A DNA stretch of 64,000 nt from Pseudomonadota bacterium (lineage in GTDB: Bacteria; Pseudomonadota; Alphaproteobacteria; Rhizobiales; Stappiaceae): positions 1,172 to 65,171 of the forward strand of contig JBCCVB010000012.1 of the NCBI GenBank assembly GCA_039195965.1, in the 5' to 3' direction. Positions 37,104-49,901 of the stretch are shown here, piece by piece. The notes under the pieces were generated by a model. The model worked only from the letters and a program-made list of their open reading frames with translations. It was not told where the DNA came from and did not search any database. The position numbers and the translations under genes were made by a program. The first letter of the stretch is position 1. Each line of letters opens with the position of its first letter.

Positions 37104-40100
37104 ATGCCCAAACGCACAGATATCTCTTCCATCCTGATCATTGGTGCCGGCCCGATCGTTATCGGTCAGGCCTGCGAATTCGATTATTCAGGCACCCAGG
37201 CCTGCAAGGCGCTGCGCGAAGAGGGATACCGCATCATCCTGGTAAACTCGAACCCGGCGACGATCATGACCGATCCGGATCTCGCAGATGCCACATACAT
37301 AGAGCCGATCACGCCGGAACTCGTTGCCAAGATCATCGAGAAAGAACGTCCCGACGCATTGCTGCCGACCATGGGCGGCCAGACGGCACTTAACTGTGCA
37401 CTCGATCTGGAGGAGATGGGCGTCCTTGAAGAATATGGCGTCGAAATGATCGGCGCGCGCGGCGACGTCATCGAGAAGGCTGAAGACCGCGAAAAATTCA
37501 GGGCGGCCATGGATGTGATCGGCCTGGAAAATCCACGCGCCGCAATCGCCTCATCGCCGGCCATTCGCAACGAAGACGGCAAGATTGCTGGATACGACCG
37601 CAATGCCGGTTTCCTGGAAGCCATGCGTGCACTCGACGAGATCGGACTTCCCGCGATCATTCGTCCGGCCTTTACGCTTGGCGGAACCGGAGGCGGAGTT
37701 GCCTATAACCGCGAAGAATACGAGACGATTGTCCGCTCCGGCATTGATGCGTCACCGGTAGGCCAGGTTCTGATCGACGAAAGTCTTCTCGGCTGGAAGG
37801 AATATGAAATGGAAGTCGTCCGCGACAAGGCGGACAACTGCATCATCATCTGTTCCATCGAGAACGTGGATCCGATGGGCGTCCATACGGGCGATTCCAT
37901 CACCGTTGCCCCGGCTCTCACGCTGACCGACAAAGAATACCAAATCATGCGGGACGCTTCGATTGCCGTGCTGCGGGAAATCGGCGTCGAAACAGGTGGC
38001 TCCAACGTTCAGTTCGCGGTCAATCCGGAAAACGGGCGCCTGGTGGTCATCGAAATGAACCCGCGCGTATCCCGCTCGTCCGCACTTGCGTCGAAAGCAA
38101 CCGGCTTCCCGATCGCCAAGATCGCGGCAAAGCTGGCGGTTGGCTACACGCTTGATGAGCTTGAAAACGACATTACCGGTGGCGCAACCCCTGCCTCCTT
38201 CGAGCCGACAATCGACTACGTGGTCACCAAGATACCGCGTTTTGCCTTCGAAAAGTTCCCGGGGTCGGAATCAAATCTGACGACCGCCATGAAGTCGGTC
38301 GGTGAAGTGATGGCTATTGGCCGGACCTTCAATGAAAGCCTTCAGAAAGCATTGCGTGGCCTGGAAACCGGCCTGAACGGTCTTGATGAAACCGACATTC
38401 CCGGCCTGAATCAGGGCGACGACAAGAATGCCTTGCGGGCCGCCGTTTCGATGGCAACGCCAAGCCGCCTGCTCAATGTCGCCCAGGCGATGCGTCTTGG
38501 CATGACAATCGAGGAGATTTACAGCGCCAGCGGCATCAACACCTGGTTCCTGGAACAGATCGCAGACATTCTTGCAATGGAAGCAAAGGTTCGCAACATC
38601 GGCCTTCCGGCAGATGCATCCAACCTGCGCAAGCTGAAATCCATGGGCTTCTCGGACACGCGCCTTGCAAGCCTTGCCGGCGTAGAAGCCGACGATGTGG
38701 TCAAGCTGCGGAACGAATTGGACGTTCATCCGGTTTACAAGCGCATCGACACCTGCGCTGCCGAATTCGCTTCGCCGACCGCTTACATGTACTCCACCTA
38801 CGAGGCACCGTTCATGGGTGCCCCGGCCTGTGAATCCGCTCCGTCTGACCGGAAAAAGGTTGTCATTCTGGGTGGCGGACCGAACAGGATCGGTCAGGGT
38901 ATCGAGTTTGACTATTGTTGCTGCCACGCAGCCTTCGCATTGGATGATGCAGGCTACGAAACCATCATGGTCAACTGTAACCCGGAAACTGTTTCGACAG
39001 ACTACGATACCTCCGACAGGCTCTATTTCGAACCGCTGACTGCTGAAGACGTGCTGGAGATTATCCGTAAGGAAAGAGAAAACGGCACACTGCACGGCGT
39101 AATCGTTCAGTTCGGTGGCCAAACTCCGCTGAAACTGGCTCAAGCGCTGGTGAAGGCGGACGTTCCGATCCTCGGTACGGCACCCGACATGATCGACCTT
39201 GCAGAAGATCGCGACAGGTTCCAGAAACTGCTGATCAAGCTGGGCTTGAAACAACCGGAAAACGGCATTGCCTACTCCGTTGAGCAGGGCCGTCTGATTG
39301 CGGGCCAACTCGGTCTGCCACTTGTGGTGCGTCCGTCCTATGTTCTGGGTGGTCGCGCAATGCAGATCATCCGCGACGAGGAAGCGTTGAACTCCTATCT
39401 CCTCGGAACACTTCCGGAACTGGTTCCGGCTGAAGTCCGGGCCAAGTACCCGAACGACAAGACCGGCCAGATAAACACGGTCCTTGGCACCAATCCCCTG
39501 CTCTTCGACCGTTATCTCGAAGGGGCGATCGAAGTGGACGTTGACGCGCTTTGCGACGGCAAGGACGTCTTTGTCTGCGGCATCATGGAGCACATCGAGG
39601 AAGCCGGCATTCACTCAGGCGACAGCGCCTGCTCGCTACCACCGTTCTCGCTGCAGGAAGATCTGCTGGAAGAGTTGAAACGCCAGACGACAGCCCTTGC
39701 GCTTGCACTGGAAGTCGGCGGCCTGATGAACGTGCAATACGCCATCAAGGACGGCGAGATCTACGTCCTTGAAGTGAACCCGCGCGCATCGCGGACCGTC
39801 CCCTTCGTGGCCAAGACGATCGGTGCTCCGATTGCCAAGATCGCCAGCCGGGTCATGGCCGGCGAAAGCCTGGCCTCGTTCGGCCTGTCTGAAAAGCAAT
39901 TCGACCATATCGCGGTCAAGGAAGCCGTGTTCCCGTTCGCACGTTTCCCGGGCGTCGACACAATCCTCGGTCCTGAAATGCGCTCCACGGGTGAGGTTAT
40001 GGGCCTCGATACGAGGTTCGGCACCGCTTTTGCCAAGTCCCAGATCGGTTCCGGCACAGGTGTTCCCGAAAGCGGAACGGTTTTCGTCTCCATGCGCGAC

Positions 40101-40466
40101 CAGGACAAGGAAGGCGTCGTCGACGCGGTTCGTAAACTGGAGCAAGCAGGCTTCAACGTCATCGCAACGGCCGGCACCCAGAAGTTCCTTGAAGAAAACG
40201 GCATCGCCGCGAAGAAAGTGAACAAGGTGCTTGAAGGCCGCCCGCATATCGTCGATGCTGTGAAGAACGGTGAAGTTCAGCTCGTCTTCAATACAACCGA
40301 AGGTGCGCAGGCTATCGCCGACAGCCGGTCCATGCGCCGGGCAGCCCTTTTGAACAAGGTCCCGTATTACACGACCCTCGCCGGATCCGTTGCAGCCGCA
40401 AAAGGTATTGCCGCCCATAAAGCGGGGAGCCTTGAAGTAAGACCTTTACAATCCTACTTCGGCTGA
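37104..40466 (+). CDS. carB: Carbamoyl-phosphate synthase large subunit
   Basis: [30 protein letters not shown], duplicated ATP-grasp halves and a C-terminal MGS domain. Confidence 0.99.
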   Translation: MPKRTDISSILIIGAGPIVIGQACEFDYSGTQACKALREEGYRIILVNSNPATIMTDPDLADATYIEPITPELVAKIIEKERPDALLPTMGGQTALNCALDLEEMGVLEEYGVEMIGARGDVIEKAEDREKFRAAMDVIGLENPRAAIASSPAIRNEDGKIAGYDRNAGFLEAMRALDEIGLPAIIRPAFTLGGTGGGVAYNREEYETIVRSGIDASPVGQVLIDESLLGWKEYEMEVVRDKADNCIIICSIENVDPMGVHTGDSITVAPALTLTDKEYQIMRDASIAVLREIGVETGGSNVQFAVNPENGRLVVIEMNPRVSRSSALASKATGFPIAKIAAKLAVGYTLDELENDITGGATPASFEPTIDYVVTKIPRFAFEKFPGSESNLTTAMKSVGEVMAIGRTFNESLQKALRGLETGLNGLDETDIPGLNQGDDKNALRAAVSMATPSRLLNVAQAMRLGMTIEEIYSASGINTWFLEQIADILAMEAKVRNIGLPADASNLRKLKSMGFSDTRLASLAGVEADDVVKLRNELDVHPVYKRIDTCAAEFASPTAYMYSTYEAPFMGAPACESAPSDRKKVVILGGGPNRIGQGIEFDYCCCHAAFALDDAGYETIMVNCNPETVSTDYDTSDRLYFEPLTAEDVLEIIRKERENGTLHGVIVQFGGQTPLKLAQALVKADVPILGTAPDMIDLAEDRDRFQKLLIKLGLKQPENGIAYSVEQGRLIAGQLGLPLVVRPSYVLGGRAMQIIRDEEALNSYLLGTLPELVPAEVRAKYPNDKTGQINTVLGTNPLLFDRYLEGAIEVDVDALCDGKDVFVCGIMEHIEEAGIHSGDSACSLPPFSLQEDLLEELKRQTTALALALEVGGLMNVQYAIKDGEIYVLEVNPRASRTVPFVAKTIGAPIAKIASRVMAGESLASFGLSEKQFDHIAVKEAVFPFARFPGVDTILGPEMRSTGEVMGLDTRFGTAFAKSQIGSGTGVPESGTVFVSMRDQDKEGVVDAVRKLEQAGFNVIATAGTQKFLEENGIAAKKVNKVLEGRPHIVDAVKNGEVQLVFNTTEGAQAIADSRSMRRAALLNKVPYYTTLAGSVAAAKGIAAHKAGSLEVRPLQSYFG

Positions 40467-40579
40467 GGCTATTATACACGTCGACCGGCCGGGAAAGAGA
40501 GCCTTTCCCGGCTTGGTTTGTTTTTGTAAAAGCGCGGTCCTCAAGAAGGGGGACCCAATAAGCTGAAGGTCTGAGACCC

Positions 40580-41053
40580 ATGGAAAAAGTTCCGATGACC
40601 TCTGCCGGTTACAAAATGCTTCAGGACGAACTGAAGGAACGTACCACGGTTGAGCGTCCGCGCATCGTTGATGCCATTGCTGAAGCACGCGCGCATGGCG
40701 ATTTGTCGGAGAACGCCGAATACCACGCTGCCAAAGAGGCGCAGAGCCTCAACGAAGGCCGCATCTCGGAACTGGAAGACAAGCTTTCGCGTGCCGAAGT
40801 TATCGATGTCACCAAATTGTCCGGCGAAATTGTCAAGTTCGGCGCGACCGTGTCCCTGATCGACGAGGACACGGAAGAAGAAAAGAAATACATGATCGTT
40901 GGCGACGTTGAGTCCGACGTGAAGCAGAACAAGGTTTCGATCTCGTCACCTATCGCACGTGCGCTCATCGGCAAGTCCGTTGGCGACAGCGTCGAAGTGA
41001 CCGCGCCGGGCGGCGCTCGTTCCTACGAGATCGTCGAAGTTCGGTTCGTCTGA
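40580..41053 (+). CDS. greA: Transcription elongation factor GreA
   Basis: [18 protein letters not shown] and [14 protein letters not shown]. Confidence 0.98.
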   Translation: MEKVPMTSAGYKMLQDELKERTTVERPRIVDAIAEARAHGDLSENAEYHAAKEAQSLNEGRISELEDKLSRAEVIDVTKLSGEIVKFGATVSLIDEDTEEEKKYMIVGDVESDVKQNKVSISSPIARALIGKSVGDSVEVTAPGGARSYEIVEVRFV

Positions 41054-41152
41054 TCTCCTCAGCTCCCAAACCGCTCTAAAGACACGCTTTTTCCTTTGAC
41101 GCCTGCCGGTCTAACGTTAAGGTAGCAACCGGCAAGTGTCGGAGGGCAAACG

Positions 41153-41632
41153 ATGGTCTTTCATGCAATTGGAATGTGGCTGCTGGCAGCGTCGATCCCG
41201 CTTTGGATCTATCGTTGGTTCGTCTATTCCAAACTGGATGAGCGCGAGCGGCTAATCTTCAAGCGCATCATCAAGCAACGCCACGAAAACGCGTTTGCCT
41301 TTGCCCTGCGCATGTTCGGCTATCTGGTCGCACTTGCTGCCGCCGTGATCGTTCTTGTTCTCGGCCTGCGCTACTTCAAGCATGGGACCGCGCAGCTTGG
41401 AGCTTATCGCGAGACGATGCGCGGACGCCTCTATTCAGGCTACGAGCCTGTCGACCAGATGCTCGATGCTTTCCACTATGATCAGCTGCTTCCGGTCGCA
41501 ATCCTGACAACCTGTGCTTTGCTCAGCGTCGCATTCACGCTGGTTGCGACAGCACTCAGGGACATTGCTACGGTCAGAAGGTTGAACAGGAAGATTGAAG
41601 GCATGAAGGAACGTCAGGCAGCAGCCAAGTAG
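41153..41632 (+). CDS. Hypothetical membrane protein
   Basis: 159 aa with three predicted TM segments and a GGAGG RBS. Confidence 0.7.
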   Translation: MVFHAIGMWLLAASIPLWIYRWFVYSKLDERERLIFKRIIKQRHENAFAFALRMFGYLVALAAAVIVLVLGLRYFKHGTAQLGAYRETMRGRLYSGYEPVDQMLDAFHYDQLLPVAILTTCALLSVAFTLVATALRDIATVRRLNRKIEGMKERQAAAK

Positions 41633-41934
41633 ACGCTGCATTCGGTCGTCCGTATCCCGGAACTAGAAAGAATCGCGCGCCTGTCAGATTTTTTCCAGAA
41701 GAGTATCTTAGAGATCCAGCTCTTAAATGAAGCAGCTTGACTTGCAAAGATCCTCTATCTGTCTCGGAGTTACGCTGCACCGGGATCTCACGAGCCAAAT
41801 ATTTTTTGAAACTTGGAGTGCCAAGCGGTTCGGTTCGCCGGTCACCTGCCAACTGTAGATTTGTCTTTGCAACGGATCCAATTCAGGTCACCGTCACGTC
41901 AGCTTGTTTTGCGGGAATACGAGGATGCCATCAC

Positions 41935-42831
41935 ATGGGTAACATGACCCCGCTGGAAATGCTCATGGCAATTATGGTTGCTCTTGTGTGGGGCATGGGC
42001 ATCGTCTTTGCCAAAGGCGCAATCGAGTTTTTCCCGCCCATCCTGTTGATGGCATTGCGCTTCACGCTCACCGCGTTTGTGCTTGTCTGGTTTACGCGGA
42101 TTCCCCGCGGCAATCTCATCTATCTATTCTTCATTGCCATCGTTGCGGCCGCGATACAGTATAGTCTCACCTTTACTGGTCTGATTGGACTGGAAGCTGG
42201 AACAGCTGCCCTGATTGTACAGCTCGAAGTTCCATTTCTCGTTCTTCTTGGTGCGGTCCTGCTGGGTGAAAAACCGGGTTTGCGCAAATGGATCGGCATT
42301 GCCATTTCGTTTTGCGGGGTCGCACTGATGACCCAGAACGACGAAATGGGCGGTAACCTGACATCTGTATTTCTGGTGATTGGGGGTGCGTTCTCCTGGG
42401 CACTCGGCCAGGTCATGGTGCGCAGCCTCAAGAACATTCAAGGCATGCAGGTGACGGCATGGATCGCAGTGTTTGCCGCCCCACAGCTCTTTGTCATGTC
42501 GGCAATATTCGAAGAGGGGCAGGCCGAGGCGATCAAAAATGCAGACGTTGTCGTCTGGGGAGCCGTTTTTTATCTCGGCCTTGTCATGACCGCACTGGGT
42601 TATTTTCTCTGGAACACACTGATCAGACGTCACGACGTCGGCAAGGTTGCTCCGTTCTTGCTGCTGTTGCCGTTTTTCTCGGTCTTGGGAGGTGTACTGT
42701 TTCTGGGAGAGCAGCCGACTCTTGCCAAGTTGACCGGAGGCCTGGTCGTCCTGCTGGGTGTCGCGGTCATTACAATAGGTCCGGCGCTTTTCACTCGGCG
42801 CGCCGCACAAGCCAATTTGCCGTCGGATTAG
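41935..42831 (+). CDS. DMT/EamA family transporter
   Basis: Two EamA repeats (VWGMGI...PPILLMALRF; GYFLWNTLI...V.PFLLL.P). Confidence 0.9.
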   Translation: MGNMTPLEMLMAIMVALVWGMGIVFAKGAIEFFPPILLMALRFTLTAFVLVWFTRIPRGNLIYLFFIAIVAAAIQYSLTFTGLIGLEAGTAALIVQLEVPFLVLLGAVLLGEKPGLRKWIGIAISFCGVALMTQNDEMGGNLTSVFLVIGGAFSWALGQVMVRSLKNIQGMQVTAWIAVFAAPQLFVMSAIFEEGQAEAIKNADVVVWGAVFYLGLVMTALGYFLWNTLIRRHDVGKVAPFLLLLPFFSVLGGVLFLGEQPTLAKLTGGLVVLLGVAVITIGPALFTRRAAQANLPSD

Positions 42832-43298
42832 CCGTCGATCGGCACGACAGGCTCGTCCTTTGTCCTGCGGATGGTAAGGGCTGTGCGTACACTGTCGACG
42901 TTGGGCGCGGCCGTCAGTTCCCGGATCACGAAGTTCTGGAATGTCTGCAGATCGGGAGAAACGCACTTCAGAAGAAAATCCACTTCACCGGACAGCATGT
43001 AGCTCTCACGCACCAGAGGCCATTTCTCGACCGTTTGTTCGAAGGCGATAAGGTCGGCCTCTGTCTGACTGTGAAGTCCCACCATCGCAAAGGCGGTGAC
43101 ATCGTAGCCAAGCTGTTTTTCATCCAGGAGCGTACGATACCCCTGAATAAGCCCGGCTTCTTCTAGGGCCCGAACGCGGCGCAGACACGGTGGAGCAGAT
43201 ATGCCGACCCGACGCGCCAACTCGACATTGGTCATTCGGCCGTCGTCTTGCAGTTCCTTCAGAATCTGCCAGTCAATGGCATCTAGCCGCGCTTTCAA
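42828..43298 (-). CDS. Lrp/AsnC family transcriptional regulator
   Basis: LDAIDWQILKELQDDGRMTNVELARRVGISAPPCLRRVRALEE. Confidence 0.95.
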   Translation of the reverse strand: MKARLDAIDWQILKELQDDGRMTNVELARRVGISAPPCLRRVRALEEAGLIQGYRTLLDEKQLGYDVTAFAMVGLHSQTEADLIAFEQTVEKWPLVRESYMLSGEVDFLLKCVSPDLQTFQNFVIRELTAAPNVDSVRTALTIRRTKDEPVVPIDG

Positions 43299-43497
43299 AC
43301 CTGTCTCCTTCGAGCTTTTCCAGATGGTTCACTTGTGGGTAGCTGCCACAGAACCTGTGATGGCACCTTGCAGAGGATGAGAATCCCACGATAACCTGAA
43401 TTCGGGTGCCCAGTTATGATTTTTTGCGCGTTTGTGCAAGACTATAACAAATTTGCGCACTATTTCGAAAGATTACGATAGGGGAAATTCTCCTGAC

Positions 43498-45521
<2,024 letters not shown>

Positions 45522-45553
45522 GGCCGCTTGAACGTCCTGCGGAGGGGGCACGC

Positions 45554-46450
45554 ATGGATTGGGACAAACTACGCATCTTTCACGCAGCTGCCCAGGCGGG
45601 CAGCTTCACTCATGCCGGCGATACGCTGCACATGAGCCAGTCGGCGGTCAGCCGGCAGGTCAGTGCACTGGAGCATGATCTCGGGGTGCCCTTATTCCAC
45701 CGCCATGCGCGTGGCCTGCTGCTGACAGAGCAGGGTGAATTGCTGTACCGGACCGCAAGCGACGTTCTCATGAAACTGGAAGCGGTCCAGTCCAGCCTCA
45801 CCGACAGCAAGGACAAGCCATCCGGCATCCTGCGGGTTACCACAACGGTTGGCCTCGGTTCGACCTGGCTGACCTCCCGTATCAAGAACTTCATCGACCT
45901 TTATCCGGATGTCGATCTTCATCTGATTTTCGATGATGACGAACTTGATCTGGGCATGCGCGAGGCTGATGTCGCAATCCGCCTGCGGCAACCAACCCAG
46001 CCGGATCTCATTCAGCGCAAGCTGTTCACCGTGCACTTTCATGTTTACGCGGCGCCGGAATACATTCAGCGCTTCGGCGCGCCCAGCACCATTGAAGACA
46101 TAGACGACCACCGGATCGTGGCCTTCGGCGAACAAGCGCCAGCCTATCTGCGGTCCATGAACTGGCTGGAGACAATAGGCCGATCACCCGCGGCTCCGCG
46201 CAGGTCGGTATTGAAAGCCAACAATCTGGTCGCAATCAAACGAGCCGTTCAGTCTGGTGTGGGTATCGCCATGTTGCCGGACTACATCATCGACAAGGCC
46301 ACCAATCTTGTCCCGGTCTTGACCGAATATGAGGACAAGGTTCCTTCGTTTGACACCTATTTCGTATATCCTTCGGAATTGAAGAATACCGCCCGTATCA
46401 AGGCTTTCCGGGAATTTCTGCTGACCAACGCGGAGAACTGGGTCTACTGA
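45554..46450 (+). CDS. LysR family regulator, VtlR/LsrB-like
   Basis: MDWDKLRIFHAAAQAGSFTHAG... immediately downstream of trxB, the conserved position of vtlR/lsrB in rhizobia and Brucella. Confidence 0.85.
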   Translation: MDWDKLRIFHAAAQAGSFTHAGDTLHMSQSAVSRQVSALEHDLGVPLFHRHARGLLLTEQGELLYRTASDVLMKLEAVQSSLTDSKDKPSGILRVTTTVGLGSTWLTSRIKNFIDLYPDVDLHLIFDDDELDLGMREADVAIRLRQPTQPDLIQRKLFTVHFHVYAAPEYIQRFGAPSTIEDIDDHRIVAFGEQAPAYLRSMNWLETIGRSPAAPRRSVLKANNLVAIKRAVQSGVGIAMLPDYIIDKATNLVPVLTEYEDKVPSFDTYFVYPSELKNTARIKAFREFLLTNAENWVY

Positions 46451-46472
46451 CCCAGTTCCTGAAGCCTGACAG

Positions 46473-47009
46473 TTATCCGGTCGGAATTTCGAATTCCTGG
46501 AAGACCGTTCCATCCGGATAGGCGACCATATCAAGCTGCCTCAAGTTCAAGAGGCGCTCATATGCTCCAAACAATCTGACGCCTTTGCCCAGCACTATAG
46601 GTGCCCGCTTGAGCCGTACTTTATCGATCAAACCCAGCTCCAGCAGAGACCCAGCCAGCGCCCCTCCTCCGCACAGGTAAATCGACCCGGCTGCTTCCAC
46701 CTTCAATCTGCGCAAGACCGCTTCCGTGTTGCGTCGAATTGGCGAGACTTCGGCTTCGCCCGGCAGTTCGAGGCTGGCCGAGATCACATAAGACTGCATG
46801 CCCGGATAAGGATTTGCTCCGGCAGGAAGGCCAAAGCGATAACCGAACTCATAGGTCCGGCGGCCCATCAGACAAACAGCATAGCTGTCCAGGCGCTTTC
46901 GATAAGCGTCGACAATCGGGCCTTCATGTGGGAAATGGCTTACATCTTCATTGTCGCCGCAAATAAATCCGTCAAGCGATACGGCCACATCATAAATGAT
47001 CGGTTGCAT
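46473..47009 (-). CDS. Dihydrofolate reductase family (RibD C-terminal-like) protein
   Basis: VSLDGFI, LMGRRTYE, IYLCGGGALA and PIVLGKGVRLF. Confidence 0.85.
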   Translation of the reverse strand: MQPIIYDVAVSLDGFICGDNEDVSHFPHEGPIVDAYRKRLDSYAVCLMGRRTYEFGYRFGLPAGANPYPGMQSYVISASLELPGEAEVSPIRRNTEAVLRRLKVEAAGSIYLCGGGALAGSLLELGLIDKVRLKRAPIVLGKGVRLFGAYERLLNLRQLDMVAYPDGTVFQEFEIPTG

Positions 47010-47228
47010 GGAACCTCCAGCAAAAACAAGGATCTTGGTGAAAAATTGGTCCAAGAGCTTACTTGTTCACTGGTGGGGCACTCCTGGTCGAATGAAGAAA
47101 AATCTGCGCCGCGGAGCGTTCACGGAGAGCATCATACGCAGATCAATTTGGAATGCACCTCAATTCTACAACCGGCCAGAACACGCGTGAACCGTAATCC
47201 GTCACGCGTGTTCCAACTCACTGGCCGA

Positions 47229-48920
47229 TCAGCGATTTCCCAGTAACCTGTCGCCGATTTCAGCAATGATCCGGGGCAGTTCATCGAAGGCATAAGGTTT
47301 GTAAACACGTTCCAGACGTTGATGGAACTCACGTCCCCACGGGCCGATGTTCACCATCGGGCAGCGCAGTGCATTTTCGTTGGGCCGATCGATCAACCAA
47401 GCCGGTGGTGTGTTGTCTTCCACAATGCCGGAGGTCGCCTGGGCCGGTTGCCCGAAGAAGCTCATATCTGAGATGCCCTCAAAGTATGGCCTCCATTTCA
47501 CACGACGTGCATGTTCGGCCTCGTAGCCGGAAAGCGTCTCGGATATCGCGGCGTGAAGCGCAGCATCATGAGTGTGTTCAAGATCCAGACGTGTTGCCGG
47601 GTAATGAAGGCTTGCAAACCCCACGACCACACACGGCCCTGATACATGAGCCTGGGCAACGAGCCAGTTTGTAAGTTCGCGGCCGACGGTGAGAGGATTG
47701 TCGATGGACCGCAATTCGGACTGTTTGGATTGCAGCGCGGATTGAAACCCGTCTGCCATCTGCCGTGCAGCTTCCTGTTTCAAATCCGCATAGCTCAGAA
47801 TGCGAACTTCAGCAGCTCCGGGTGTCTCCGCCCCTCCTGACTTTTTCGCGTGGTTTCGAGCGTTTTCAGTAATTCGTGCAATGGCAGCCTCAGCCCCGGA
47901 CTTTACTTCCGCCTGGAACCGCTTGAACAGCTCTTCCGGTGTCCAGGAGTGATAAAGCCAGTTGAAGGCAAGCCAGGTTCGCTCCGGTGTCGTGACTTCA
48001 TAAACGTCGCGCAGATCCCGCGCCTCGAGGCAAATCGGCGGCGGTGAGACCGCTTCCGGCGTATGGTTCGACAGTTCTGCGTTGGCCTCGATACGCCTGA
48101 TGACTTCGGCTGCAATAAGCTGCGCACTGACGCCTTCATACGGATAGCTGGCATGTGAACTCTGGCCGATGACAAGTGCAAACGGCATCAGCTTGCCGAT
48201 GGTTCCGGCATAAGCAGCGCGTCCTTCGCTGCCGTCGCCCTGATCGGACGTCACGTCCATGTTGATTGCCCCAACCGGCTCCAGCTGCAATTCGTCCATC
48301 AATTGCGGCAACCAATCACGCAAAGCCCGCATGCCCCGGCTGTCCCGCTCCTCGTCCGGACTGCAGCACAAAACAAGATTGCCCTGCCGATCGTCCTGGC
48401 TTGCAAACCTCTCCAGCACCGCGATCCCGGCAGCAAGGCCGCTTTTCATGTCGAGCATTCCACGTCCCGGCAGAAAATCTCCGCTTTCAAGATCCTGCAG
48501 AGCCTTGTCTTCCTGTTCATTCAGTGCACGGGCAGACAGGTCTGAGACCAGTGCCTCCCTGAGCGCATAAGGGTCACGTGAAAGACCCTTGAGATCGTGA
48601 TAGTTGTCGATAGAGACAGTGTCATAGTGACCTGCCAGCAATAGTGACTTGCGCCCTGCACCTCGAACGACCGCAACCACGTTTTGTGCCTTCGAGTTTC
48701 CAAGACCATTTGCAAGCCGGATATCGGAAGGATTTTCCCTGAAATACGGAATTTCCATCAGGATTTCGACCAAGTTTTGCGCGAAGTTTTCTTCATCCGG
48801 CGTGCCGGTTTCACTAGGAATGCGAACTAGCCTGCAAGCGAGATCCTCGACACGTTCGGCCGGGTGCCATCTATTTGAAGTTTTGGACTGCGTTTCCAGT
48901 CGACGATTTCCCGATTCCAT
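47229..48920 (-). CDS. M20/M25/M40 family metallohydrolase (RocB-like)
   Basis: GHYDTV, GRGMLDMKSG, PDEE and NIGPWGREFHQRLERV. Confidence 0.85.
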   Translation of the reverse strand: MESGNRRLETQSKTSNRWHPAERVEDLACRLVRIPSETGTPDEENFAQNLVEILMEIPYFRENPSDIRLANGLGNSKAQNVVAVVRGAGRKSLLLAGHYDTVSIDNYHDLKGLSRDPYALREALVSDLSARALNEQEDKALQDLESGDFLPGRGMLDMKSGLAAGIAVLERFASQDDRQGNLVLCCSPDEERDSRGMRALRDWLPQLMDELQLEPVGAINMDVTSDQGDGSEGRAAYAGTIGKLMPFALVIGQSSHASYPYEGVSAQLIAAEVIRRIEANAELSNHTPEAVSPPPICLEARDLRDVYEVTTPERTWLAFNWLYHSWTPEELFKRFQAEVKSGAEAAIARITENARNHAKKSGGAETPGAAEVRILSYADLKQEAARQMADGFQSALQSKQSELRSIDNPLTVGRELTNWLVAQAHVSGPCVVVGFASLHYPATRLDLEHTHDAALHAAISETLSGYEAEHARRVKWRPYFEGISDMSFFGQPAQATSGIVEDNTPPAWLIDRPNENALRCPMVNIGPWGREFHQRLERVYKPYAFDELPRIIAEIGDRLLGNR

Positions 48921-49064
48921 CCGTTTTACCTTTGAACTTCTGAAGCCTTTCAAGCGACATTCGCCCAAAATTCTGTTAGAAAAAACGCAATAAACTGACA
49001 AAATATACGAATGAATGACTATTCTGACAGCATCACACTCCAAATAGTCAGAACAGGAGCTAAA

Positions 49065-49481
49065 ATGGACGACTTGGACCGTAGGTTGATAGCGGAGCTG
49101 CGCATCAACAGCCGCGCGTCACTGCCCAAGCTCGCAGATGTTCTGAATGTTGCCAGAGGAACCGTGCAAACCCGCCTCGACCGGTTGATCGCCAACGGAA
49201 CCATCAAAAGCTTTACCATCCGCCTCAGTGATGAATTGCCGGAGAACATGTTGCGCGCGGTCATGTTGATCGAGCTGGGAGGCAGAAACGTCAAGGCAGC
49301 GATCGCATCAATCAAGCGCATTCCCGGTGTTGCTTCCCTCTCCAATACCAATGGCGTCTGGGACATTGTCGCCGAAATAGAGGTTCCGAACATCGTGGAA
49401 ATGAACAGGGTCATCTCTGAAATCCGGCTGATGAACGGCGTGGAGAAATCGGAAACCTTCATGCTTCTTGGACCGGCCTAG
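49065..49481 (+). CDS. Lrp/AsnC family transcriptional regulator
   Basis: MDDLDRRLIAELRINSRAS...LA..L.V.RGTV..R. Divergent from the RocB-like gene. Confidence 0.9.
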   Translation: MDDLDRRLIAELRINSRASLPKLADVLNVARGTVQTRLDRLIANGTIKSFTIRLSDELPENMLRAVMLIELGGRNVKAAIASIKRIPGVASLSNTNGVWDIVAEIEVPNIVEMNRVISEIRLMNGVEKSETFMLLGPA

Positions 49482-49737
49482 CTCCTGACCGAATTCGAAG
49501 CAGAGCACGCAAAATTTCTTGGCAAGAGAGCGGTCAAACTGCAAAAACCTGCGGTACATAAAATTATTTTTCGGGAAAATCACCTTCAAAAACAGCGTTG
49601 CCACGCCAATCAATCAGTTAAAAAACAATGACTTAACTGGAATATTACAACAATTAGACACAGAATTGCAAAAACTGCATAGCAGGTCTGCACCGCTGCC
49701 TCTTGTTTATGCAGCTTGTGCACTGCATATAAGCATC

Positions 49738-49871
49738 ACTGTTGGTCAAGCGGACGTCACGTCCTCCTCCCAGTGATGTCCTGACCAGCTGTTCCCCTCT
49801 GGAAGGTGATTCCACTGTATTCAGTGAATCAATTCAAACTGCCGGGTCCTTAAGACCCGGCATTTTTTTTT
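49738..49871 (+). ncRNA. AbcR-like (alpha-r15 type) trans-acting sRNA
   Basis: Hairpin GGACGTCAC/GTGATGTCC displaying TCCTCCTCCCA, followed by CAGCTGTTCCCCTCTGG and a Rho-independent terminator (TGCCGGGTC/GACCCGGCA-T9). A CTTGTT...CATATA promoter lies upstream. Confidence 0.8.
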
Positions 49872-49901
49872 GCCTGCACACACGTTCAGTGTTGAATTCA
49901 A

